A stretch of 64,000 nucleotides of DNA from an uncultured Mesorhizobium sp. (GCA_964601795.1 CAZROU010000024.1:772-64771); one strand, 5' to 3'. Shown: positions 20,467 to 28,652, counted from the stretch's first letter. Made by a program: numbers and translations. The notes: generated from the letters alone by a model not told the origin.

Positions 20467-21483
20467 TTAGCCAGCGCGCACCGCGGCAATCCGATAAACC
20501 CAATAGCCGCCGTTCTGGTAGACGAGGGTCGCGTCCGGAACCTGCCCGATCTGGGCGGAATTGAACGGCAACAACTGGCCAAGCAGCGAGGATTTGCCGG
20601 CGCTATCTGCAAGGTAGTAGGCGCGCACGGCGTTTTCATCGCGCGGGATCACCGCATAGGCGGCAAAGCCCTCATCCTTCACCCAGGTCTTCACCAGTTT
20701 GGTGACGTCGTGAACATCGCTGGCGCCGGGAAAATCGCGCAGGCCGACGGAAAACCGATCAGGCGCTGCCACGCCGATGTCGAAGGCATCACGCACATGC
20801 AAGACGACATAGCTTTCCTGTGTATCCGCCATCACCTGAAGGCGGGCGACACCATATTTGTCTTCAGCCCCGAGTGCATCAAGGAAAGCGGCATATTTTT
20901 CATCTGCCTGACTGTCGGGCGGAGCCCGCCACTGCCTTTCCGTTTCGACTATCGCCTCCTTCGAGCCGACCCAGACGTCAGGAGAACGCAGCGTGGCGCT
21001 GTCGTCGGCTCCCGCCAGCGGGAACCGGGCAAGCACAAGCGCCGCCAGTCTTTGCGACAAGCCGGGCATGGCAAAAACGAGGCTGTCCACCGGCAAATGC
21101 GCCTTCAACGCCTGCGCCAGCTTCAGGTCTTCCTCGACGGAAATATCCGAACGAAGAACCGGCTCACCGATTTCGCTCTTCCAGCCAATGATGAGGCCCG
21201 GTTGTCCTTGTCGCTCCAGAACCTCGCCGCTGACAAGCAACTTGCCTGTATCGGCAGTCTTGAGGCTGACGGACTTCAGCGTCGCGTCGGGTAACATCTG
21301 CGCGAGAGCACGGCTGGTCTCGCCCGGCTTTTCGACATCCTTCAACTCGTAGACATAAGGCGTCGGACGCTTTTCCACCTGAAACGCATAGGCGGTCAGC
21401 AGGCCGCCAGACACCAGCATCGCAGCACCAATCCCGGCAACGAGGCCGGGAGTGGTTCCTATCTTGGAGAGTTTCATCATCAT
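20467..21483 (-). CDS. haoB: HaoB (hao-associated Orf2) family protein
   Basis: Immediately downstream of haoA; single N-terminal TM; C-terminal LLPF...LVYQNGGYWVYRI resembles HaoB as I recall it. Confidence 0.75.
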   Translation of the reverse strand: MMMKLSKIGTTPGLVAGIGAAMLVSGGLLTAYAFQVEKRPTPYVYELKDVEKPGETSRALAQMLPDATLKSVSLKTADTGKLLVSGEVLERQGQPGLIIGWKSEIGEPVLRSDISVEEDLKLAQALKAHLPVDSLVFAMPGLSQRLAALVLARFPLAGADDSATLRSPDVWVGSKEAIVETERQWRAPPDSQADEKYAAFLDALGAEDKYGVARLQVMADTQESYVVLHVRDAFDIGVAAPDRFSVGLRDFPGASDVHDVTKLVKTWVKDEGFAAYAVIPRDENAVRAYYLADSAGKSSLLGQLLPFNSAQIGQVPDATLVYQNGGYWVYRIAAVRAG

Positions 21484-21498
21484 CTCCCCTTTGCGTGA

Positions 21499-23202
21499 CT
21501 AGTCGCGACGGCGGCGGCGGAAGGCCGGCAGGAGCATGAGACCAAGCCCGAGCCCGGCGAGCGTGACACCCGCACCCCCGGCTGCCGCACGCTTCATCGG
21601 CGTGTCGAGGTCCAGCCAGCCTTGCTTGCCTCCTGCGGCTTCAAGAGCTTCCACCCGCTGCATGAGCGCAGCCTTCTCACGCAGTTGCGTGTCGGTGTCC
21701 TTGATGCGCGCCAGGCTGCGGATCAGGCGTGACCAGCCTTCCGAATAGGTGAAGCCACCGGGATGCACATGGGCAAGGCCCTTGAAGTGCTTCATGACGT
21801 GCTGCTCCCACATTTCCGCGAACTCATAGTCGATCGCGGTCGGGAAGTTGCCAGCCGAGAAGAACAGCCCGGCAAAGGCACCCGCGCTGTCGGCGTCAGG
21901 CTTGGGAGGAGCCGGACGGTTGGTTGTCTGGCCAACAAGGAGCTTGTCCTCATAAAGCTTGTTCATGACGCCGCGAGCTTCTTTAACCAGCTCGATGCCC
22001 TGCTTGGTGCCGTTGTCCATCATATCGAGATAGGAGCGGGCAAAGGCCGGCGAGTGGCAGTTCGAACAAGTCTGTATCCAGGATTCCTTGCGGTCGGAGA
22101 ACCATTCGTGGTCGAGATTGTCGGCAATCTCCGGCTTCGGCTCGAAGCCCCAGCGAACCTTGCGCACGAGGTTGTGGCCATATTCTCCGTTGAATTCCAT
22201 GTGGCAGGTCTGGCATGTCGGGCCGGTTTGGCCACCTTCGCCAAGCGCGGCCGCCAGCGGCTTTTCCCAATCCCACGAAGCGCCCTGCGTCTTGTAGACG
22301 ACTCCGTGCTTGGACAGGCTGAACGCCTCGAACTCGTTATGGTCGACGCCATTGTGGCAAGTCGAGCAGGCTTCGGGCTTGCGCGCCTCGGCAGCGGAGA
22401 ATTCGTGGCGGGTATGGCAGGAATTGCAAGTGTTCTGCATTGTGTGGCAGAGCGAGCAGCCATCGGCCACTTCGCGCTGCGCCATGCCTGCCCAGATCGC
22501 GGTTTCCACATTGGCCTGCCATGAGAGCGCATGAGAAGGCCGGCCGGCAGGCCATTGGTCTTGCGGCCAGGTTATGGTGTCGCGCTCGGATTCGCGTTCG
22601 GCAAACTGCTGCACATGGCACTGACCGCAATTGGCTGCATCCGGCATGTGGAGGTCGGCCTTGTGGTTTCCGGCCTGCTTGCCGATGCCCATGTGGCAAT
22701 CGATACAGCCGACATCGCCAAGCTTCTGGCCTTCAGGCAGCACGCCCATCGAATGAAGATTCGCCTCGACCTGGTCGATCAGTTCCTTCTTATAGGCGCG
22801 GGAATCTTCAGCCGGCAGGTTGCGGATTTCGTTGAGGTCGCCATGGACGCTCTTCTGCCAGGAATGGACCCAGCCCGGCGTCACGCTAGTATGGCATTCC
22901 ACGCATTCGTCGCGCTTGGCTTCGAAATCCATGTCGGGCGCGATGTAAAGTGTCTTCGGATCGAGATAGCGCGTAAAGGGGGTCGGCTCCCAAAGTTCAC
23001 CGAACGCGCCCTTTCCATGCCCTTGCTTGGGATCGTGGTAGCGCTTGACCAGCGCATCGTAGAGCTCCTTGGGGGAAGCTTCCTTGGTCAGGCCGAGCGC
23101 CGTGTAGGTCTCATCCGGGATATCCGCCCGCGCCGGCAAGGCAAAAAGGAGCAAGACCGAGCAGAACAACCCGAGCAGCAGGTGAAACAGATGGCGTGGC
23201 AT
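21499..23202 (-). CDS. haoA: Octaheme hydroxylamine oxidoreductase (HAO) family cytochrome c
   Basis: Signal peptide; 8 CxxCH (CVECH, CIDCH, CGQCH, CSLCH, CNSCH, CSTCH, CQTCH, CSNCH); WPAGRPSHAL, TRHEFSAAEARKPEA, GVDHN, GLAHVHPGGFTYSEGW; C-terminal TM with basic tail. Confidence 0.93.
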   Translation of the reverse strand: MPRHLFHLLLGLFCSVLLLFALPARADIPDETYTALGLTKEASPKELYDALVKRYHDPKQGHGKGAFGELWEPTPFTRYLDPKTLYIAPDMDFEAKRDECVECHTSVTPGWVHSWQKSVHGDLNEIRNLPAEDSRAYKKELIDQVEANLHSMGVLPEGQKLGDVGCIDCHMGIGKQAGNHKADLHMPDAANCGQCHVQQFAERESERDTITWPQDQWPAGRPSHALSWQANVETAIWAGMAQREVADGCSLCHTMQNTCNSCHTRHEFSAAEARKPEACSTCHNGVDHNEFEAFSLSKHGVVYKTQGASWDWEKPLAAALGEGGQTGPTCQTCHMEFNGEYGHNLVRKVRWGFEPKPEIADNLDHEWFSDRKESWIQTCSNCHSPAFARSYLDMMDNGTKQGIELVKEARGVMNKLYEDKLLVGQTTNRPAPPKPDADSAGAFAGLFFSAGNFPTAIDYEFAEMWEQHVMKHFKGLAHVHPGGFTYSEGWSRLIRSLARIKDTDTQLREKAALMQRVEALEAAGGKQGWLDLDTPMKRAAAGGAGVTLAGLGLGLMLLPAFRRRRRD

Positions 23203-23285
23203 GTCGATCCCCCGATCCGGCTTTCCGATCACGCCTCAAACTTGCACAACCTCCAAACAAGCGTAGGTCCATCGGGGGCAAAAGC

Positions 23286-23296
23286 CATGGAACCAC
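23286..23296. promoter_or_regulatory. CATGGAACCAC upstream of haoA; candidate regulator site
   Basis: Shared with the motifs upstream of the MocR gene and hemA. Confidence 0.4.
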
Positions 23297-23425
23297 TAAA
23301 AGCAGGCTGACGCCCAATGATGCATTTTTCAGATGAAATTCTATTCCGTAGCTGCTTGGCCGGCGTCAGCGCTGCGTTGGCAATAGCGGACAGCAAGTCG
23401 ATCCGGCCCGCGTTTCGTGCCCCGC

Positions 23426-23581
23426 CTATGGTGCCAAGAGATCGAGGTAGAAGATGTTTGCTGGCTGTCGTCCAATTGCCATGACGATGCCGATCAGCAG
23501 CAGTGCATAAAATATCGACAAGCTGGGCAAAATGAGCCTGCCGGGTAAATATCTGGCAAGCAGGCGATAGGTAGGGGTCAT
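23426..23581 (-). CDS. 51-aa single-TM peptide, DltX-like acyl-shuttle candidate
   Basis: ATG overlaps MBOAT stop (TAATG); MTPTYRLLARYLPGRLILPSLSIFYALLLIGIVMAIGRQPANIFYLDLLAP. Confidence 0.65.
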   Translation of the reverse strand: MTPTYRLLARYLPGRLILPSLSIFYALLLIGIVMAIGRQPANIFYLDLLAP

Positions 23582-24663
23582 TAAAAATTCTCCAACGTCA
23601 TAGTGATGACGGGTCGTGCCAGCGAGAGCCAAGCTAGCACGACAAGCGGGCCTGAGGCTCGTAACAGGCCGTCAGGTAGCTTGGGCATGCCGGGACGGGA
23701 CAGGAGATTCTGCACCAAGCGGGTCAGGATGAGGCCAAGTGCTTGCCAGCCCGACCATAACAAGTAGTAGGCTGACGCCTCATGCCATAATCCGATTGCT
23801 GCCATGGCAGCGAACACGCCCAGCACCGGAGAGCGTGTGATCGCAGTTACAGGCTGGAAAACATAGTCCCGGCACCATTGCGACAGGGTGATATGCCAGC
23901 GCGACCAGAAGTCGATAAGGTTGCGCGCCAGATAAGGACGGTTGAAATTTTCTTCCAACCGTAGCCCCAGCATCAGTGAGAGCCCAAGGGCGGTCGAACT
24001 GAACCCGGCAAAGATGAAGTAGAGCGCCATCCAGTCCAGGATCGAGGCACACCATTGCGCCAAAAAAGGATTCGCGGGAAAATTGCTTTGCTTGATCAGC
24101 AGGTCAATATTCTTGACCAACCAATTACCCAGCAAGAGCGCCTGCGCCAGCCCCAAAAGCACCCGCTCGGCGCCAGCTGCAATTTCGGAGACATCGTTTC
24201 TTCGCCGCGCCAACTGTCGCTCGAAATTCTGGAAGCGGTGGATAGGACCAGCCACGATGACCGGCAAGAACAACTGGTAGCGCAAGATCCGGCCCAAGCC
24301 GGGATTTGCGAGCCGGCCCATCCACCAATCGAACAGCAGGTGGAGGTTGCGCAAGGTGAAATAGGCTGCACCCACCCAAAGAAATAAGGTCGTGCCACGT
24401 GACAGCAACAGCGCAAATATCAATATGGCTGCCCATAGGGACGTGACCAGATCACGCCTGCCGCTGCGTTCGCCTACTACCATGGCGACCCAAGTCAGGC
24501 TGGAAGATCCCACTAGCCAGATGGCTGAGAGCGGAGAGAGTACAAATACTGTACAGGCGGTGACAATTGCCACAGCACCGGCAAATTGAGCGGCCGGCAT
24601 CAGTCTCGTGATCGGCACGAGAGCCAAGGACGCTATCAACAGGAAAAGCAGCTCCAGGGTCAC
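23581..24663 (-). CDS. MBOAT family O-acyltransferase (DltB/AlgI-like)
   Basis: AGPIHR, ENFNRPYLARNLIDFWSRWHITLSQW, GLWH catalytic His; GTG 24663 overlaps the upstream stop. Confidence 0.92.
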   Translation of the reverse strand: MTLELLFLLIASLALVPITRLMPAAQFAGAVAIVTACTVFVLSPLSAIWLVGSSSLTWVAMVVGERSGRRDLVTSLWAAILIFALLLSRGTTLFLWVGAAYFTLRNLHLLFDWWMGRLANPGLGRILRYQLFLPVIVAGPIHRFQNFERQLARRRNDVSEIAAGAERVLLGLAQALLLGNWLVKNIDLLIKQSNFPANPFLAQWCASILDWMALYFIFAGFSSTALGLSLMLGLRLEENFNRPYLARNLIDFWSRWHITLSQWCRDYVFQPVTAITRSPVLGVFAAMAAIGLWHEASAYYLLWSGWQALGLILTRLVQNLLSRPGMPKLPDGLLRASGPLVVLAWLSLARPVITMTLENF

Positions 24664-25511
24664 CGGCGCTTCCACCACCACGTGGTTAGTTCTTCCTGGA
24701 ATCGGAGGGCGCCGGCACGGTTCAAATGAGCCTGATCATTGAAGAACCGATCCGGCCATGCGAATTCGGGTTGGAACAACCGCACTCCCAACTCCTCGGC
24801 CAAGATTGCGAAGTGCTCCTGCGCCAGCAGCGCGGCTTGCCTGCCAATATAGCTCGCCGCAGTCGCCGAACGTGGCGGAACACTCAACACTATCTCGATG
24901 CCCTGCTCCTGGGCCTTGGCAATTAGCCGCCGCAGGCGCCCAGTCTCACGCGGTGCTCGCAGGAAGAGTGGATAGAGCCTCGCCAAGTCATCGGCGTCGA
25001 CGTGGAACCGTTGGTCAAGGGGCGCCGAGCTTGTCATTTTTTGGACGATCGAAGCGGCTCCGCCTAGCCCGGCAACCAAAACCCTGAAGCCGCGTCGGGC
25101 CTCCGCGGAAAACTGTCGCAACTCGTTGAATGGCATCAGGATGGAGGCTGCCCACGAATCCTGCGCCTGCCTTTGAAAAGCGAAATCAAACGCGATGGGA
25201 TTGATCTCGACCAGAACTAGCTCGGTCGGTCTTTTCAATACGAGACTCAAGAGGTCAAGCGTCTGAGCTTCGTCAATTCCACTTATGGCAAAGCGGACGT
25301 AGGTTAGTCGATCATCTACAGGCCACTTGGCGGGACTCTGCTCGGGGAAAGCGTGAAGCATCAGTGAAGAACCGATGATGACAACGGGAGCCTGCGGCAA
25401 CCGATCGGGCTCGGACCACCACTGCCTTTCGAAGCGAGCAAGTCCAACCAGGACTAGTACCGCAAATGCGATAGCCATCAGCCAAGCCAGAAGAACGGCG
25501 CGGGAATTCAT
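24660..25511 (-). CDS. Membrane-anchored SGNH-like protein (DltD/AlgJ-like)
   Basis: N-terminal TM, IIGSS, C-terminal DQAHLN (DxxH); adjacent to MBOAT. Confidence 0.7.
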   Translation of the reverse strand: MNSRAVLLAWLMAIAFAVLVLVGLARFERQWWSEPDRLPQAPVVIIGSSLMLHAFPEQSPAKWPVDDRLTYVRFAISGIDEAQTLDLLSLVLKRPTELVLVEINPIAFDFAFQRQAQDSWAASILMPFNELRQFSAEARRGFRVLVAGLGGAASIVQKMTSSAPLDQRFHVDADDLARLYPLFLRAPRETGRLRRLIAKAQEQGIEIVLSVPPRSATAASYIGRQAALLAQEHFAILAEELGVRLFQPEFAWPDRFFNDQAHLNRAGALRFQEELTTWWWKRR

Positions 25512-27316
25512 CGAAGACCGGTTTTAACCGCATCGATCAGGTCGGCCAGCGATCGGATCGCAGCCGTTCTGGAAGCTGGAACCCGAATGCCGAAACGCTC
25601 CTCGACAGCAAAAATCAGTGCAATCTGGCTAAAGGAGTCCCAACCGCTTACACTTTCGGGTGTAGAAGCGACGCCAAGAGTGGCCGGGGTAACGCGGAAC
25701 ACGCCACTGGCGATCTCGATAACATCCTTCGCAACGTCATCTGTCTTCGTTTCGGCCTGAGTGACATCCTTCTTGAGCGCTGCAATGACTGCAGCGCGCA
25801 GTGCCTCCAAATCCGGCTTGCCTGATATTCCTCGGGGAATCTCAGATAGCGCAACGATATGTTTGGGCACTTTCAATGCCTCGAGTCGCTCACGAGCAAA
25901 GGCTGCAAGTTCGGCTTCATTAGCAGTTCCATCGAGGATCACGGCTGTTATCGCGATCTCGTCGAACGTATCGTCCGGCATGGAAAGCGTGACTGCTTGC
26001 GCGACAGCCGGATGACCGACCATGACCTCGTCTATTTCTTCGGGCCGAATAAGGAAGCCACCGCTCATTATGACGGTCTTCAACCGGCCTGCGATAGCAA
26101 AAGACCCATCCGGCAATATCCGAGCCAGGTCACCGGTACGCATCCAGCCATCCGGAGTGAACGTATCCTGTGTGCGGCCGTCGTCTTGCCAGTAACCTGG
26201 AAAGACATTGTCGCCGCGCAATTGCAGTTCACCCACCCCTTCATCATCTGTCGCCTCGGGATCGAGGCGGGCGGTACAGTCCACGGGCCGTCCGATCGTT
26301 CCTCGCGCGCCCATTTCTGGACGCGGACCGGCGTAGAGAGCGCTCGCCACCGTTTCGGTTAGGCCATACTGGTTAAAGAGGGGGCGTCGAAAGCGGGTTT
26401 CCAGTCGTGACCAAAGGCCGGCATCCAATCGAGCCGCCACGGACATAAGACAACGGCACTCGGGCGCATCGAAGTAGTCGTCGTGCTGGCCGAAACGGTC
26501 AATCATGGACCACACGGTGGGCACGGTAATCACATGGCTCGCGTGCTCGTGCCGCACACGATTCAGCCAAGTCTCCATTCCCGGCACACTGAACCCGCCG
26601 GAACGAATCACGGCACAACCCGATGCGAGTGCGAGTATCGGGCCCTGGATCATCCCATCGGCGTGAGCAAGAACCATGTCGTTGAAGATGCGAGACTGGC
26701 GACCGCAGCCGAAAAGCCGGCGCAACGTGGTCAAATTGGCCAGCAGATTTCGCCGCGTGACCTTTACGCCCGTCGGCGCTTTTGTCGTTCCAGATGTAAA
26801 CAGCACATAGGCGAGATCATCCGGTGCATCAGGCAGCCGTGGTTCTCGGCCTGCCTCTGGGAGTTCCAACAAATCGGCCAGACGAATGCCTTCAGACCCC
26901 TGCCCCCGCGCAAGAAACCAACTACTCCGTTTCGCAACGGGCTTCGCAGATACTTTGAGCACCTGCAAATCACGGACCCAGCCTTCGATACAGCGCTCGT
27001 CGTCCAAGATCGCCCATTGCGGCGCAACGGAGGCTGCAATACCTGCCACGCGGTGCGGTGAGGAATCGGCTGCGAGGACAACTGGAACCAGTCCATCAAG
27101 CAGCGCGGCAACAAATGCAGCGATAGTCAATGTCTCGTTTCTGGTCACGATCAGGATGCGTTCGCCCATCGTTAGACCGGTGCGGTCAAAGGCACTAAAA
27201 AAACGACGCAGAAGCTCGGCAAGGCCGCCGTAATCCAATCGCAGTTCAGGCGTAACCAGGAATTCCGCAGATGACCGCTCTACGATCCGTTCCCAAATCT
27301 CGGCAAGAGTCAGCAT
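25508..27316 (-). CDS. AMP-binding adenylation enzyme fused to C-terminal acyl carrier domain
   Basis: YVLFTSGTTKAPTG, QYGLTET, RTGDL, SGKPD; C-terminal GWDSFSQIALIFAVEERF phosphopantetheine-site motif. Confidence 0.88.
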   Translation of the reverse strand: MLTLAEIWERIVERSSAEFLVTPELRLDYGGLAELLRRFFSAFDRTGLTMGERILIVTRNETLTIAAFVAALLDGLVPVVLAADSSPHRVAGIAASVAPQWAILDDERCIEGWVRDLQVLKVSAKPVAKRSSWFLARGQGSEGIRLADLLELPEAGREPRLPDAPDDLAYVLFTSGTTKAPTGVKVTRRNLLANLTTLRRLFGCGRQSRIFNDMVLAHADGMIQGPILALASGCAVIRSGGFSVPGMETWLNRVRHEHASHVITVPTVWSMIDRFGQHDDYFDAPECRCLMSVAARLDAGLWSRLETRFRRPLFNQYGLTETVASALYAGPRPEMGARGTIGRPVDCTARLDPEATDDEGVGELQLRGDNVFPGYWQDDGRTQDTFTPDGWMRTGDLARILPDGSFAIAGRLKTVIMSGGFLIRPEEIDEVMVGHPAVAQAVTLSMPDDTFDEIAITAVILDGTANEAELAAFARERLEALKVPKHIVALSEIPRGISGKPDLEALRAAVIAALKKDVTQAETKTDDVAKDVIEIASGVFRVTPATLGVASTPESVSGWDSFSQIALIFAVEERFGIRVPASRTAAIRSLADLIDAVKTGLR

Positions 27317-27317
27317 C

Positions 27318-27968
27318 TCACTCGCCATCCTCGATGTGCAGGGACGACCTTGCCGCATGAAAGGGGCGTTTGGTTGCCGGGTTGCCGACGACCAAGGTGT
27401 TCTCGGGCACGTGCCGGCGCACGACGGAACCCGCCGCAACGATTGCTTGGGCACCGATGCGGATATCGGGCAGGATGACTGCTCCCGCACCGATCATGGC
27501 TCCAGCCCCAACATGGATGTTTCCGGCGAGCGTGGCGCCCGGTCCAACGCTGACGTGATCTTGCAAAACTGAATGGTGACCAATCGAGGCTGCCCTGTTG
27601 ATGAGCACGCCCTCACCGATAATGGAGACGGCTCCAATGACCACCCCTGCATTGATGAAGGTTCCATCGCCGACGCGAACTGAACTGGCCATAACGGCAG
27701 TTGGGTCGATCAAGGCGTGGGCCAAGGTCAAGCCGGCTTCGCGCCCCATAGCAATAAGTTGTGCGCGACGTGCAGGCGTGAACGCACAGGCTACGAATGC
27801 ATCCTGGACTTCTTTTGACCTGAGATCCGCAAGCTCTACGATACGGTCTCGGGCCAGAAGTCTCGGCGTTCCATTGACATTTACAGCCAACGAAATCGCA
27901 ATACCCAACCGCCTGCAGGTTTCCTCATATTCGACAACGATCGGGGAACGAACACCAAAGAGGATCAT
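27318..27968 (-). CDS. NeuD/PglD-family hexapeptide-repeat sugar acetyltransferase
   Basis: MILFG N-terminus, LIDPTAV, INRAASIGHH, hexapeptide repeats, VVGNPA. Confidence 0.85.
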   Translation of the reverse strand: MILFGVRSPIVVEYEETCRRLGIAISLAVNVNGTPRLLARDRIVELADLRSKEVQDAFVACAFTPARRAQLIAMGREAGLTLAHALIDPTAVMASSVRVGDGTFINAGVVIGAVSIIGEGVLINRAASIGHHSVLQDHVSVGPGATLAGNIHVGAGAMIGAGAVILPDIRIGAQAIVAAGSVVRRHVPENTLVVGNPATKRPFHAARSSLHIEDGE

Positions 27969-28193
27969 GAGTTTTTTTACTCGTCCCTTGGCCTGCGGCG
28001 CAAAGACCGCAGCGCGGAAGGCTGTGCATTCGCTAATGATGCCTTGGGCGAGTATCCCCTCGCTTGGTCCGGTCGGTCCGTTACAAATTATTGCCTCTTG
28101 CACCCAATCGCATCAACAATTCCTGCCATGCCGTTGGCATCTGGGCAATATCCTTTGCTATGCGCTGGACGCCAAAATAATGGGAAGACGATT

Positions 28194-28268
28194 TGGTGAG
28201 CCGGGAGGGGATCGAACCCTCGACCACATGATTAAAAGTCACGTGCTCTACCGCTGAGCTACCGGCCC
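28194..28268 (-). tRNA. tRNA-Lys (anticodon UUU)
   Basis: Reverse complement GGGCCGGTAGCTCAGCGGTAGAGCACGTGACTTTTAATCATGTGGTCGAGGGTTCGATCCCCTCCCGGCTCACCA: cloverleaf, TTT anticodon, CCA end. Confidence 0.96.
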
Positions 28269-28652
28269 ACCCAAAGCGTCCAAACCTCAGTCTGGACAAC
28301 CTGCCCTTCGGGTCTTTTCCAAAGGAAATTTGCTTCGCGCTGCCCAGAACAGAGCCGCAGCAATTCCCAGGTGCGATCAACCTCGGAATGGCGCGGAACA
28401 TAGGGAGGGAGTTCTAACCGGTCAACCGGAAAAAATGCGGCGTTTTCGGTCTTATTCACATTTGTAACATGCGGCATCGAGAACCAGATTTCTGAAATGA
28501 GGTCGACCTAATCCGGCGCGTTCCCAAAACAATGCCTGAGAGCGGACATCATTATATTATGAATATTAAATATAATCTCCGACGGGAACAATTTCCGCAA
28601 ATTCACGTTGCGCTAGCTAGGGAATTTTGTTTCGCGTTGTCAGGAGAAGATC

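Larger units (their letters stand above)
12237..28193. mobile_element. Probable genomic island or accessory block at the 3' end of tRNA-Lys (no integrase seen)
   Basis: Co-oriented accessory genes between core dprA and a tRNA 3' end; no att duplication or integrase found. Confidence 0.5.

Noticed and set aside
21499..23202. Reading the host as an autotrophic ammonia oxidiser, or the protein as hydrazine dehydrogenase or octaheme nitrite reductase
   Set aside because: No amo or cycAB in the window, the backbone is rhizobial, there is no CxxCK motif, and the sequence follows AOB/methanotroph-type HAO motifs.
23203..23425. Sigma-54 promoter upstream of haoA
   Set aside because: No correctly spaced TGGCAC-N5-TTGC on the coding strand.
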